Shown: positions 39,047 to 53,925, counted from the first letter of the stretch. The stretch: 64,000 nucleotides of DNA from Ascidiella aspersa (GCA_963924565.1 OZ004612.1:11284001-11348000); one strand, 5' to 3'. Numbers and translations are program-made. The notes: generated by a model not told the origin, from the sequence alone.

Positions 39047-42000
39047 GTTTAAGGCATCATATATGTATTGCCGATTACTCATGTATTGTTAGCTTGTTTA
39101 GTTTATTCCATAACAGAAGGTAGCAGAATATAAGGGGAACCATGGAGAAAGTTGTTGTGGCCTCGGAGAGAGACAGGGAGGTCTCTGTCGAAGAAAGGAA
39201 GTTCGAACGGTAGATGAAAAAAGCGAGAAAAAGGCGATTAACGGAATACCGCAGGGATGTGATCGCTACCCTTAAATACAGACCTACAGAGTCACTACAA
39301 CATTGTTTAAGACTTTGTCCCTAAAACTTGACTCCCCTTAAAATTTAAGTGGAAGTCTCACATGAAATTTTCATAGTTCTTTCACTGCTACCTGAATATA
39401 TTTATTGGAGATGGTTGAACAACAACCTGTTTAATGCTGCATTATTTATTTAGTGTGATACGCTTAAGGCCGACAACAAGCGTTCCGTAAATATCAGCCT
39501 AGCAATGCGCTGGCCAACTTGCAACGTAGAAAATCAACCGAACAGTGGATATTGTTTCGTGATCCAATGGCATGGCGTTTCGGTCCCTAGACAAGAACTT
39601 GCGAATTCAGAATTGCAAACCGCAGTGTCCCTCTGCAGCGAGACAATTTTACAAGGCAGGTTCGTCTCTAAACCGTAAAGCGTTTCACAGCAGCTTCGGC
39701 TAAAAATCAAAATCACCATTAGCGTTTCGGAATGGAAGTGCACACAGCACTGTGACGCGGTTTGCCAAACGCGCTGCGGCTTGCAGATCGGAAGTGCCCG
39801 GCTGCGTCACGTCCAAGCCGACATTCCTGCTTAATGCGCCGACATTGTGACAGTGTCCAGTTGTAAACATTTTAACTGCTGAACGTTTCGGGCAATAGTT
39901 GGACCTTCCAGCGTCTGTTCGAAATGCGACTCGTTAAAAATATCTCTATCAACTGGAAACTGTTAGGCCGACCTAGTGGCGTGGCACAATGGGCAAGATA
40001 AAAGAAACACTTCGGTAGTCGATTGCCCAATAGTTTTTGGCTACTTAAAGGATCAGGGCACGCAGCCGCCTGTGTCATTTCTCGTGGCGTCCCTTTTTGT
40101 GAAAAACGCCCTGTCTAGCCAAGCCTGCAGACGGGAGGATATTCCAACGCCTGTATACGACCGCTATCGATTTTTGCAAAGATAAATTAACTGAAATTAA
40201 AAGAGGAAAAAGTTAGAGTTTCAACCTGCTGGGTGTCGATAATACGCCAAGCCATGTTTAGTTAGTAACTTAATAGCGCAAAAAAATTAGTCCTGTGTTA
40301 GAAAAACAACAAAGAGCCTCTTGGTTTGTGTTGCTGAGGCCTAGTAGAGTTTTTATGTAAGTAAATTTCAGATTGAACGGCAAAAATTGTCAGACCCTTC
40401 AAGTTTATAGTACTTAAGTAACAGTTTCTTTAGCTAATGCTATGCGTTAAGAAAAGCAAGTGATAGTTTCGCCCTTTCGACTGTTTTTTACAGTTAAAAT
40501 TCGTTTTTCATTGCGAATAGTTTAACATTTTCGCAGTTAGTGTTGTACACTTGGTATTAGAACAGCAACAGAAAATTCCTATGTTTAACTCCAAGCAAGC
40601 CAGAAATTTTTCTTTGTGTTTTGTGGTTTAACACTTATTGTGAGGTGGATTAGTTTCTGTCGAATTTCTGTCGACCAACCACGTTAGGTAAAATTTTCAC
40701 AACGACTTTGTATTGAATGCATTTGAATTCGTTACTTCAAAACGAAAACGCCTTTAAACTAACTGGCCACAGCTGGCCGAATTTTGCAGTAACAGTTTAT
40801 AGAGCACTTACTATTGGTCAAAAGAAGTGCCACACAAACTAATTCTCCTGCTAATAAATATAAGGTGGAGAATTATATTTGCGTGTATAAAGTGCAGGAA
40901 AAAACTGGAAAAAATGATACCTGGTAATATTTGAGAAAGGCCGCATAAATGTAATCATGCCCCCTAAATCGTTATTTAAGCCGAGATTAATGTAATTTAG
41001 AGTTATACATATGTCGATAGCCAACTATAAATAACACTGTCTTATTCATATTAATTGGAAGGAAGGAAGGCGGGAGGGAGCAGCACGCTTCACATTGCAG
41101 AGGGAGCAGCACGCTTCACATTGCAAATGTGGGCCGCACAGCCATTTTTAGTGGGCCGCGAGTTACTTTTGAATATAAAATTGTTATAATATGTTGTGGG
41201 CCGCGTGATAGTCGTACATTCATTCCACTTTATTTTAGTTGGTGGGTCATAGAAATGTTAAATTGGCTAAGCTTGGGAAGGCCCACGTTCCAAATGTGGT
41301 CCTGGGACCCTGTCGAACTATATTTTATGCCAACTTGAACTGTACGTAATTGAACAATTTTTTGCGCTTCGCGCGTATATTCTTCGTTTTATAGTATGTT
41401 TCACATTATGGCATGACAGTGTTTTAGCCACTAAGATGCCGTGTTATATTTCAGCTTAAAATCAAATATCCTAAATCCGTCACTTTTTCGTAGTGGTTTT
41501 ACGTGGTGGACCTTCAATAGCTCTAAAAAGAGTACTTTGGGCCGCGACAAAAAAGTTTGCCGACCACTGACTTATATCGTAGCCTGATTTCGTGTAGCGC
41601 GATGGCGTTGGCTGGTAAATTGACTGTGAGTAGAACTTTCCATCTCCAATGATTCCGAACAAATTAGGCGTTGCAGGGCTAAACTCATTAAAATGTAAAT
41701 AGTTAATTTTGGCGTTTAGATCCATACGATTTCAAAGTTGAGTCAAAACTCGTCATTTTCGCCTTGAATTAACCTCAATTTGGTAAGAATATTTTACGAA
41801 GAAAAACATCGAGAAGTTCGTGACTGAATTCTTTGGTTTAACGATTGACATAGAAACTAGCATTCTATTCGTTTCACGACACCATTACGCTGAACAAGTT
41901 CAAATTTCATCTGAAATAGGAAGTAATTCATTAGAAAAATTCAAATATTAGTCCACCTGAATGATTTAATATAGATTATTTTGTGGTGTTAATATAATAG

Positions 42001-45000
42001 AATAACCCAAAAAATAAGCGCAGTTTTGAAATTAAATAATATTATGCCATATTCTACATATTGTTTGTTACAAGACACAATCTTATAAAAACCACAATAT
42101 GGAAGTCTGTTTTCCAGAAATTTAATATTTTAGTTTCATATTGAAGCAGACGCCAATCGTGCCCAACCCTAAAATCAGATAAATGTCGCGCAATATTTGC
42201 TGCGGCCGGCGAATAAAGCGTCGTGAAAATATTACAAAAACACTGGCCTTTGTAATACAGTTGTTTGCGCCCATGCGTAAGCACATAAAGCTTTAAGGAT
42301 CTGTTTTGAATGCGTCATTGGTGCGAACAATAGTCTCTCTTTTGTACAATACACTTTATAGGGTGGTTGAATAGAACTCCATATAAAAATGACAGAAGGT
42401 ATATTTGGAAAACGTTAGAAAACAGGAGTGTTGTCTTGTAATAACATCCGATAACTTGAAGATCACGAAAAGTCGATTTAGGAATTCAATAACAGGAATA
42501 TATATTGTTAATTGTAAAGAAAAATTTTACACACGTTGAGAATGGTTTGTATTTTCGAAATGTTAGATGGTTGTTAACAAATCAAGGCGGATAAAGGGTA
42601 TGATTTGATAAATCTTAGTTGAATTAAGTTTAATAAACAACCATCCATTCGTTAGCTTGTATGGGCGTTAAGTTTAAATTAACCTGAAGAAGGCGATGTG
42701 TGAACCGAGAAACGTTAGAAAACAAAAAGGAAATATTTAGATAGCAACAACAAACATTCTTTAGACTTCCTGTCTTGATAGAAGTCATTTATGTTTTTTC
42801 ATCATTCAAATAAATTTATTCGAATTAGGCAGCTCATGATGAATTAGTTTGTGACGAAATATATTTCTCGTATAAATGACTAGAAACTTTCAAATGACTG
42901 ACTTTGATCAAGAAAGGAAAGTCTAAAGAATATTTGCTCCCATTTAAAGTTATTTTGGTCATTTACGTGTAAGGGTGAAGAGATATATTATTATTTTACA
43001 CATTCAGTTGGCCATTGTAGAAACAGATTATATATTGTTGACTTGATTATAATGGAGGATACTTAAAAATGTGAAACAGCGTGTTCGGGAAAATGAGAAC
43101 ATATTTTCTTGAACTTGGCATAGAAATAGTGATGAAAACTGGGTGACTTGAGAATTATAGTTTTGTGTGGTCCATCTGGCCCTCAAAGTTTTCCGGGTTG
43201 GAAAAAACATTGGGTATCAGACGAATAGTTGGGTAAAACCGATTTTAGAGTTATGCCATTTTAAATGTAATGTTCCAAACCACATAAAAGACAAATATTT
43301 TTTAGTAGTTTAACTAAAGCGTAATTAGGCTTATAGTATTTGTTTTAATGCGTAGCATTAGGCGTGCCTTAACCTTTGATGAGGCCATGTCCCCCTATCT
43401 AATAAAAAAAAAACAGCGATGATTACATGGCTTCCTACTATGTTTTGCCTTGTTTTAAAATTATTTTGGGGGAATTTGTTTAATGCTAAAATATCACCAA
43501 GAGTATAACGACCCTCTTCGAATAACAATTTTTATCAACCTAGACTAGATAAAGGATACAAACTCATACTAAAAACGTACTGGACGTTTTGCACTTCGTT
43601 CAAACTTTTGACGTATTTGCCGTAAGCTTAGATTAATGGCTATAACGACTTAATGTTAGATAGATGCCATTATATCTAGAGAGCGATATGTGGATATTAA
43701 TCATGTGCTCAACGTCTCAAATTGAATATTTTGTCGATTTAATCAACAGACGCAATTATTTTGAGAACACTTTTGCCCCTCTTTTGGAATGTCTTTAGAC
43801 AACATTTTGGTTGCACATGGGCGCACAAGTTTGAAAGGGAACAGAAAGTTTCCTTTAGTAGCCCGTGTGTCAAAAGGTTTAGTAGCCTACCCTCCAGGAC
43901 TTAAAAACGTTTCTGTCCACGAACTTTGTCAGTTTACCGCAATTTAATAATGGTAAACAAACATATCTTGTGGTCTGCTTCTGTACGCATTTGCATTTGT
44001 TAAAGAAATGTGCAAATCGGTTTTATCTGACGTTTGTGTTGACATTTTGCATATCGCAAGTCGAATAAACTCAACATCGATGTAACACTTGTTTGCAATT
44101 ATTGTAGTCCACGCACGCCTCGAAAAACTAGTTTTGCGCGACCTGTGCAACGGCCTTCGCATTTCGAAGCATTGTTATATATTACATTGTAAGCAACTAC
44201 AATTTTTTAGTTTTCACTGTTTAAATTATTGTGCAAACAATATATTAAACACCGTTGTCCATTATGAATAAAGGCATATCAAAATGCCCGAAACTAACAT
44301 AAATTCCGCGGCATTAAACAACATTACCATGTTCGACATATGTTTATAATAACCCATATTTGGGCCTTCTTTTTGAGAAGAAATTTTTATTGCTAAGTGT
44401 GTTTGATCAGCAACTGTATGGTTAATTGGTTACGTATCGACAAAATGATTTCACTACACAAGTGAGCCACTTTGACGTTGAAATCGATTTCGTCATGACA
44501 CAAATGCGTACAATGGCAGGACACCAAACCTTTTATAAAACGCTGAGAGAACGGTCAGATTTTGTGCCAGGTTTATTTTAAGAGCAGCGTCTGTTTTCTT
44601 GCCTAACTACTCACATAGTTGATTTGTTCGTTTGGCAAAAGAGGACATATTGTTTAAGGTACACTATAAAATATCAGAATTACTAACTTGGTTATCGTAA
44701 AAATAATATAAGTGTTATTGCAATGCTCGTTGGTGAGCACGTTTATTGAGTTGTAAAACAATTCCAAAAAAAGTTCAGAAAGAACAACTTATAAGTATAC
44801 GGAATATGAAAAATCTTGGCTCCGAATTTTTGCAGTTCGCTTTCATAAAAGATTAAATTGCGATTTTAGTTAAATTTAATAATAGCTAATATGTTTATAT
44901 TTATGTTTCAGAAAAATCTAAAAAAATCCTTGTTGTACACTTTCGTTTGCTTTTCGCATCCGCGAGCCTTAAAAGGTGGACAGAACCGAAACGTAAATGG

Positions 45001-46930
45001 CGCGCAGTAAACAAGCTATTTCAATGAACTGCGCTGGTTCGGAGACCCGAATTTGAGCTCGATCGCCGCCCACGCGCTCTAAAAATCTATTCGGGGAAAA
45101 TTTGAAAGAAATCGTGGCCAGCAGATGTTTTTATTGCGAGGTAAACGTGCAATTTTAACGGCTTTACAACTCACAGTCTCGACTGATTGACAGGCGGTAC
45201 GGCGGCTTGTGATGCTAGGCCTGTTTGTTTACGTCTTACATAAATCGAGGGGTGTTACCGATAGCCTTGATTTTATATACCCGTCCGTTGTTCTACTATA
45301 CACCAACATTCAAGTTGTGGCCTTAATGCAGTTGCGGTCATGTGGTTTATATCGGGTAGTTTCAACCGGTTTTGTTCGGCTGTTTCGTTCTTTTTATATT
45401 TTATAATGTAGATTGTAAGTCAACTTTGGTTAATTTGTCGCCAATTTTTGGTTTGTCACTGGCTTTTGCAAGCCTGCCTCTAAAGAATGTGATTACTAAA
45501 TTACTATAGTAGGCTATTTAGATATCAGAAGCTTAACAGCGTGATTGCATTGGATATTGTTAAACAAATCCCCGTGACTCACAATGGGGTCTCCCAATTT
45601 GTAAGTAACAATTGGCGTTTGTTTAATTATTGTGAAATAGTTTTTTTTCTTTCTGTTCTATTAGAAGCGTTTTAAACTTTAAACCATGCCAGTCTGCTCA
45701 ACAGGCAAATAAAGTAATAAGTAAAGTAATACCAGGCAAATTAAGTAATAGTCATTACCAACATACGCTTCATTATAAAACTTTCCAGTTACTTTTATAT
45801 GTGTTCCGCTTTGAAAAACGTTAAATCAAAGCACCGATCAGTTATGACTTATAACTTTCATATGCATGTAAACGAATTGCTTCGAATGAAAACGAAACAC
45901 CAGTCAGATTTTAAGGGGATTTCTCAAGTCAAGGTAGTCGAAAGTTCCGCTAATACTGTTGCACACATGAGAGTAGTATCATACATATAAATTCTTCATT
46001 TTAATGTTGGTGTGTAACTTTTAAATTAAATCGTGTTTAGGAAAGTGCATGTTAAACGGCGTTTTTGTAGTGATTTCTGCCCATGTGTAAGGTGTGGCTC
46101 TGTGCGGTTAACACAGCAAAATATGGCTCTTGGTCGCTGACTGGTTGGCCAACCCTAGGCCGCTATACCATGGACTGAGTGATAACAATAAGTCGCACAG
46201 GTTAGGTTATGAACTCCGGCGTGTTTTAAAATCTTTAAAAAGTTTCAAAAAGTCAAACTGCTGCAGGTTTTGAGTGGGCCTTTGTTCATGGGCTGACGTT
46301 GAATAAACCGGGACAAGGAAGTGAAGAGCTATTTCGTGGTCTTAGGAAGTATATGGCTAACAACAATACCAGTAAAGTCACCCATTGCTGCTAATAAGTC
46401 ATTTATCTTTACTGACTTAGAGAATGTGAAACAGCGAAAAGCTACGTTGTGTTACAATACAGCAGGACAGAATCTCAAGTCTTTTAAGAAGTTTATTCCG
46501 TGGTTCAGTTTGAATTGTTTCATAAATAGAATATTTCGCGTACCGTACAACGATCGTATAAGATTTTGTGTTAGTAGTGGTTAAAATTAGAAAAAGTATC
46601 CAGTTTGCTTGTATAGTACATAAAAGCATATTGCCTTGGCTTATTTAAAAAAAACACATTGAAAAGCAACGGATACACCATTGAACAAACGGAAGGTTTA
46701 CATTTTAAACGGTCGATAGCATGACTTGTGTGTTTCTTGTTTTCTGACAGAAGGCTGCTGAACCCTTCTTTTTAAAGGTAAACATTATTTCTCGACTGTT
46801 TTGACCTGTTTAACCTCGATTTGGCAGCAACGACGTTTCCTCACAAAAAGGACTCACAAAAAGAAAAAAGGTAGCGCAAAAACCAAAGGACGTCTAAAAG
46901 CTCGCCAAACAAGCAAACACACGGGAGTGA

Positions 46931-49900
46931 ATGCGCGACAGCGAATCCGGGCCCGGGCAAACCAGCACCCCAAAGCTCGGCGCCGATGCCGGGCAGCAGC
47001 TTTTAAGCATGTTCTACGACTCTCCGGGGTCAAGCAGGAATGCCAGGAACATGACGCCGGACGCCGATGCCTCGTGCATCGAGACGAGTGGCGCATGCGG
47101 CGAAATGGACCTGGCCATCTCGGGGGTCATCCTTACGGTGGGTTTGGTCGCCTGCCTCGAGAACCTGGTGCTTGTGGTTGCCACGCACCGCTGGAAGCTT
47201 GGCAAGTCGTGTCGCATGTTCTGGTTCCTCTGGCATATGTCGCTGGCCGACGCCCTGGTGGCCTTCACCTTCGCCTACTTCCACCTGCGTATCGTTACCT
47301 CCTGCTCGGCGCCCAACAGGTGAGCCGATGTTGTTTGTTTGTTTCGAGGCGATTTAGGTGTCAGGAATTGATCAGCCTGTTTACATTGGATTGAAACTGA
47401 AAGTATCTATTCCGAAAGCATCCTGTGTACTTCATGATTGGTGATGTTAGCATTGTGTTCAGTTGCTGAAAGTGGATCAACCCATTTTTTTCTAAATCAG
47501 AATCTAAGTTTTATCAACAGGTTACGGAATGGGCAAAATATAGAAATTAAATTAAATTCCTAAATAGAGTTACACTCCCTCGAAACGAGTTTAATTAACA
47601 ATCTATTAATATATAGATTACATTTTATGCTTACACTAATGCCACTAGATACACCCCAGCTATTAGATCAAGAGCGGACAACTTTTCCAGTCGGCGGGCT
47701 TGATATAGGAAAATGAAGTACTTGGCGGGAAGGATTCCTGATCGATATATTAATTGTATTGCCAATGCCTACTAACGCCATACATGTTTTGTCGCATAAT
47801 GGCGGCTAATGTTGTACTCTTTGAACACGACAACACTTTCATTGCACCGCACACATGCTGCTTTCTTGTCGACTTAAGTGAAAAAATACTTCGGCATCCA
47901 ATCCTTGTTAAATTTGCAACTGTACGTGTCTCGGCAAAATTTAAAGGCAAATATTGATTGCAAATTCTATCTAATTTGGGAACACACAATAAGACCTAAA
48001 GAGCAACCATATCTAAAGCAGAAAAATCAATAATGCTATAGTATTAACACCAACGACATAATAAAGCGAAATTCGCAGTAGTACCCACCACAGAATAAGA
48101 ACCTAATCGTTTAAATAAGACATAAATCTGTCAAACTAAGTCCTGAATTCATACGGAATAAGGCCTAAATGGCCAAAATAACGCATGCAACTGTAGGAAT
48201 ATGGGGAATGTGACAATTGGGGGCCATGGGTATGTCTTCGGCCGTTTTAGTGTCTAATTTTGGGAGCCCGTTTGAAGGGCGCCGTTATGGCGCCGCTGTT
48301 TTGGCACCTGATTTTCTGGCCCTGTTTGAGGTTAGTGGTTGGTAATGAGTGGGGTTAGAAAATGGGTTAGTGTTGATAATATTAGGGAAGTTAGTGGTGT
48401 ACTTATGTGGTGGGGTTTGGGATTAAGTAAAATGTTTTGTATTCCTGATTCTGGTCATTTAGGTCTTATTCCGACGGGTTTATGACTTATTTCGATTTAG
48501 ACTGTTTTAGGACTATCGGTTTTAGTCCTATTTTGGTCTTATTCCGAACTGTGCGTTATTCCGTCGTTGATTCTTATTTCGTTCTTATGACTGGAGTCTT
48601 CTAATTTTAACCCAAAGCAGAGAACTAAAGAACACCTAGCAATTACTTTTATTTGACGTAGTAAGCAAGTAGTGGGGGATTGCGGCAGACTGCGGCCGCG
48701 GGCCACATTATTCTGTAAGACCGTAAACTGTCTGCGTGCGCTTTAAATCCCGTTGCTGGCCGTATGTTGCCCGTCCCTGTATTAGATTGTTTTGCGCTCG
48801 ATCGTTCAATTAAAATTAGCCTATACGACCTGTATTTATTTGATAATGTACTTTACTGTGATAGGGATTTGGCCATAGACAAAATTAATTATAGGGTTTA
48901 ATAACATGATATCAAAGTAGCAATCAGTTAAAAGGGCAAAATATTAACTGTTTTATAGACGATTGTATTAAATTTTGTTGTAGAATTATTAGCTTTGTAT
49001 TAGTAAAAATCTAGCTCAAAATACAAGAGCAATTGAATGATATCTCCTGGTACTAAAACGCAATTATTTCATCTAAGGCGAAAATTTCCTTGCTAACTTG
49101 CCACATAGCACTTAACCTAAATAAAAAACTCTTCATTGCAGCTGCACTCCCGGTTACCAAGCCGAGTCTATCGTACTGGTGATTCTCTTCTTCAGTGCTA
49201 TCTTGGCTTCCCACCTTTTCGTGCTTGCGGCCACCATCGACCGCTTTATCGCTATCAAGTGGTCGCTGCGCTACCTACAACTAGTCACTACGCGGAGCGC
49301 GAGAGTGGTGACCGCCATTGTTTGGACGGTCTCCTTTGTGGTACCCTTTCTAGGCGCGATGGGCGTTCTCTTTCTGAAGCCAAGCCTTTACTACTCGATC
49401 ACCACTGTGGTTTGCGCCTCCTCTTGCCTACTTTCGGCAATTCTGGTCGTTGTGCTTAACGCTTGGATGGTTCGTTATGCGTGGGCGAGCATCAGAAATA
49501 GTGAGTTTGAGTGAGTAGTGTAAGTAAGGCGACGTTAATGATGCTTGTTAACTGACCAAGTGTAGCTAAACGGTTTGGAACGTTACATGCAAAACGGTTA
49601 CTGGACGTTTAAATGTTCATTGATTACATCGTCTGTTTTAACCTTTCGGGAATATCGCAGTAATTAAATTAGTTTGTTTCTGCAAAATAACTTGCTTAGC
49701 AAGAATACTGGATTACTAGTTCGGTTAACCTAATTATACCCATATAAATTTTATATGTACAGATTTGCGTCTAAAGCAGCATACTAGACGCGGAGTACAG
49801 GTTGTTTTTTAATCTTAATTGCTTAAGATAGTTCGACCAACTTCGGTAGGTTCATGAATTTAAAGTTTCCCTCAGTCTTGTGCTCTCGTATTCCCAGTGT

Positions 49901-52528
49901 TGTAAACAAAGTCCCTGTCAAGTCATTTGTAAAATAACTTAAGTCCAAGTCATTTCAAATAAACAACAAGTTAAGTCCCAGTCAAGTCATAATTAGAGCA
50001 AGTCAACTTCAGGTCATGTCTTTGTCATACAAATAAAACGTTGAACTATTAGAATTTTTAAACCCGTACGAATATGAACAAATTTTTTCGAGAAATGTAA
50101 CATAATAACTTGACTAAAATAAGACAAACGCAACATATTGCAAGCAATTTGTCTTATTTCAACCCAAAGTCATTCTTCCAAAAGACTTAAGTCATGTCAG
50201 GTCATTTGTCCGAAAGACTTAAGTCAAGTCAAGTCATTTTTAAAAAAAGAGACGTGAGTACACCTAAGTCATTACAACACTGCGTATTCCTTTTTTTTGT
50301 TTTTTTTAAGAGGACCACTAGATTCGGTAAACCCTCCTAAAGGCTTTCTAAGTATAGCAACATTCGTAGGGTTGATTAACCGATCCACGATTTTGTTTAA
50401 CAGCGCCTGCGAGGGCAAGTGTGTCCGGTGTGAGCCGGATGCCCACCACAAGTTCATTTCCTGATCTCTCCTCCATTCAGAGTGGCATCAAACCAACGGT
50501 GACGCTTGCTCTCTTCGTCGTTTCTTTCATTATAAGGTATTTCGTGAAACAGTTTGTTCCGATCAGTTTATTTCTTTACAACATACAGATTTGAGTTAGT
50601 GTGTCCCAAAGATGTAGGTTCAGTCAAGCTAAAGTCACTTGAAAACATTGACTTAATTGCACCAATTCGGTAACTTAAGCGCATTGGTGTATATTGCACC
50701 ACTGAAGTTGTTTACCGAAGTTGAGCATGGCTAATTTTTTAGCAGACGTTTCAGACCTTTTTTATCTATTAAAACTTTTATAGAATTAAGTTTGTTAATG
50801 TAGCCCTTCTTGTAAACGTAATTGCGAGACATATTTTAATTGCGCGACATATTTAGGGTTGCGATCCTCCGTTTGGAAAGCTCTGCACTAGCTATAGAAT
50901 ACGCATTCGGAGTCTGAATAACAAAAGGATAATGGAAAAAATGAAATCTTTGGAATTTAATAAATCGATTGACAAAATCGATTTTAACAACCAATGCGGA
51001 TTGCGAAAATAAAAATTTAATTTATTTTTCAAATGGTATTAAGCCTAAGAATTCGGAATTAGATCTATTATATTAACCATCTAACCACCATATTTTGATA
51101 GGATTCGAGAAATATAAGATAATTTTTAAATCACCACGTAACAACCCTGCTGCCGTACCATTTGTGTTATTGAGCGTTGGATTAAAATTAGCGTTCGCAA
51201 AGAAGCATCTGCAACTGGAATTTAAAAGAACCAATTGTTTCATTTTCCTGTCTATAAAATGTTGACACATAAAGATGAAGTATTTAATTGGAAACGTTTA
51301 CTGCAATAAAAAGCGTAAACAGTTTCTCAATATCCCTATAGCAATCAGTAAATACACCGCAATTTTAACAAAACTACCGAAATCACAACAAGTGACAACT
51401 AACTAATAACAGGATTTGGGACTGGTATTTCTTTTTTGCCAAGAAATGTAGTGGTAATTAAACGTTGTACAATTTTTTTTTTAAATGATGCATAAATTTG
51501 TTTTTGAAAACGAAAAAAAAAAGAACGTAAAAACAGTACAGAAAAAAGTTAAAAAAATATCTAAACAAAGATAAGGTACTAGAGGACCAAAATTATTTCA
51601 GTAATTTTGCGCAAGCCAGATAACATTGAAATATTATTTATTTGTTTCGCTTTCCGGTTTACTCCCGCCAAATTTTATCAATTCGATTTTAATCAGTTAA
51701 ACAAATTAAGTTTTGCTTGATTTAAAACGAAGAAATATAACTATAGAGTTTATATAACATCAGCATTTGAATTTCAGCGAAGCCCTACATGTGTCGGCCC
51801 AACTCAAGCTTAAGCGAGAGAGTCATTTTTACATTATCGATCGCGCCTTTCACGGTAGAATAAACATTCAATAAATTAAATTTTATCGAAGTCCACATGT
51901 GTGTCGGCGGTCCAGCTTCAGTTTGAGCGAGAGAGTATCTTTTTTCACATTATCGACCGTGTTCAGTTCAAATATAATTACAATCACTCCCTTATATGTT
52001 TCAATTACATTACAATTACAATTTAAATAAAAACTGTAATTCATGACATCAAATAGATTTTTCGGCATTGAAACGTTTCTCAATATCAATGTATTGAGCC
52101 AAAATTTTAGCAAATTACAATTACAATTAGAATTACGCAAATTGAAAATGCCTCAATTACATTACAATTACGGTTACACTAAAACCTATGATTAATTATC
52201 ATCAATTACAATTGCAAATTACAATTCATCCAACTCTGGTGTTCCTTATATATCTTACCTTGTTCTTTGTGCCAACAGCTGCGCACCGTGGTCGGTGGCT
52301 CTTATCGTATGTGAAGAAGCTCACAGCTGCATCCTGAAGAAGAATCAAGACTACACCTTGGTGCTGGTGCTCCTCCACGCTGTCGTGATCCCCATTCTCT
52401 ACGGATTCCGGGTGGAGGTGGTCAAGAAGCACGTCATCGGCTTCTGGAAAAACCTACTTCCGGTGTGCCGTTCTTCCTCGGCATCTTGCTGCTATAGGGA
52501 CTCGTCGTATTTTTGCTGCAAATCCTAG
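46931..52528 (+). CDS. Class A (rhodopsin-like) GPCR of the melanocortin/cannabinoid/S1P/GPR3-6-12 (MECA-like) group, ~376 aa, 4 exons
   Basis: Exons 46931-47319, 49142-49500, 50404-50536 and 52279-52528 total 1131 nt in frame. Seven hydrophobic segments: TM1 GLVACLENLVLV, TM2 MSLADALV, TM3 ATIDRFIAIKWSLRYLQLVT, TM4 AIVWTVSF, TM6 TLALFVVSFIISCAPW, TM7 VIPILYGFR; Cys-rich tail. Confidence 0.88.
47669..48779. mobile_element. hAT non-autonomous element in GPCR intron 1, carrying a nested palindromic MITE (about 48040-48600)
   Basis: Degenerate TIRs CAAGAGCGGACAAC / GTTGCCCGTCCCTG with a perfect 8-bp TSD TATTAGAT. The nested GGAATAAG/CTTATTCC-armed element recurs at 53220-53787. Confidence 0.82.
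49895..50282. mobile_element. hAT-type MITE (388 bp) with internal AAGTC repeats, in GPCR intron 2
   Basis: TIRs CAGTGTTGTAA / TTACAACACTG with a perfect 8-bp TSD CGTATTCC. Confidence 0.9.
51970..52236. repeat. AATTAC-rich repeat/MITE remnant just upstream of the GPCR last exon (duplicated at about 63135-63400)
   Basis: Many (C)AATTAC units ending in CCAACTCTG. Confidence 0.65.
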
Positions 52529-53219
52529 CATTGGAGTCTATGTTTTTGGATGGGAACTTGACACCCGAGGAAAAGATTTAAAGGCAGAAGCCCATAAGAT
52601 TAATGGCAGCGCTTTTAAACCTTTTTTGTAGCGACCTGTTATATAGCGCCGCGTACACGCTCTACACATTTGACACAGTGTTCCCACTGATGTCAGCGCC
52701 GGACCAGGCCATAAAGATCATGTAACAACTGCTTACTTAGTGTAACCACTTCAATTTATTTTCTTATTGATGGTTTACCATTAAATAAAAATGATAAAAA
52801 TACCCTTCTTAATCACTTGGAGTATAACTTTACTAATGTTTTATGATATGAGTCACAACATTTTTTGTTAAAAATTTTACTGATACCGAACCCTTTAACT
52901 TTTAGTTTGGAAACGTTTTATATTCAACGTTTTATTTATACGCCCCGATACTTTCCAATGAATTGTTTAGAAGTTTGACGTCAACAAAACTCAAAACGAC
53001 ACATCTGAAAAGAAGATTTTTGCTTATTGCGAGTCTCAGCGTTATGGAGAGGCTGGAATTTTTTTTTCGATTTTTAATTTCGTATCGCGACATATTCGCT
53101 GAGAAGCACTAGTTTAACATATACGATAAAAAATGTACGAGGATCAACGCCTAAATGCTAATGTCCTACCGGCAGGAGATACAAAAGACCCAAAACAATA
53201 CCTAAGGCAGAATCTATAT

Positions 53220-53787
53220 AACTACAGTATTAAGGCCAACAACATAACAAAGGCAAATACGCAGTAATATCAACGACAGAATAAGAACTTAATCGTCGGA
53301 ATAAGACATAAACTTATCGGAATAAGTCCTAAATTCATCGGTATAAGGCCTAAATGGCAAAATAACGCCTGAAACTGTAGGGGAAGGGTACTGAACGACC
53401 AGGAGCCATCGGTCTGACATCGGCCGTTTCGGTGTCCACGTATGACCGGCTTGAGCGCCCCAGTTTGAATGGCGCTGTTGGGGCGCCGCTGTTTTCGCAC
53501 CGCGTTTTTAGCCATGTTTGAGGTTAGTGGTGGGTAATGGGTGAAGTTAGAAATTGGGTTAGAGATAAAGTTATTGGGAAAGTTCTTGATGTACTTAGGG
53601 GTAGATAAAGTGTTGTATGGGCCTGATTCTGGCCATTTAGATCTTATTCCGACGGGTTTAGGACTTATTCCAATTTTTATACTGTATTACGACTAATAGG
53701 TTTTAGTCTTATTTTGGTCTCATTGCGAACTGTGATTTATTCCGACGTTGGTGTTGTTCTTATTTCGCTTAAATGACTGCAGTCCCT
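53220..53787. mobile_element. Palindromic MITE with GGAATAAG/CTTATTCC arms and a GGCGCC/GGGTTAG core
   Basis: Homologous along its length to 48040-48600; the arms are mutually inverted. Confidence 0.7.
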
Positions 53788-53925
53788 AGCGGTCATTAAG
53801 TTCGACAAGGGCACCTTTTATTGCTATATTTCTGTTACTGTTCTCCTTTTTATTTCTTTTTCTCCCTTGCAAGCGCATTTCTTTGTTTAAATGGTAATAT
53901 GTTTGCGGTATCGTGTGTTTTAAAT

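Noticed and set aside
39060-39300. Solo-LTR-like segment (also about 20990-21285)
   Set aside because: TG/CA-like ends and a TATA-like motif, but no convincing TSD and no second copy in the window.
39480-40190. GC-richer stretch with short ORFs
   Set aside because: No frame I tried gave a recognisable protein or a consistent splice pair; it may be regulatory, but that is unsupported.
46801-47394. Several overlapping ORFs, including the 197-aa one
   Set aside because: Alternative-frame and antisense by-products of the GC-rich first GPCR exon.
49501-49516. Second GTGAGT donor 10 nt downstream of the GPCR exon 2 end
   Set aside because: It shifts the frame and stops within exon 3, before TM6.
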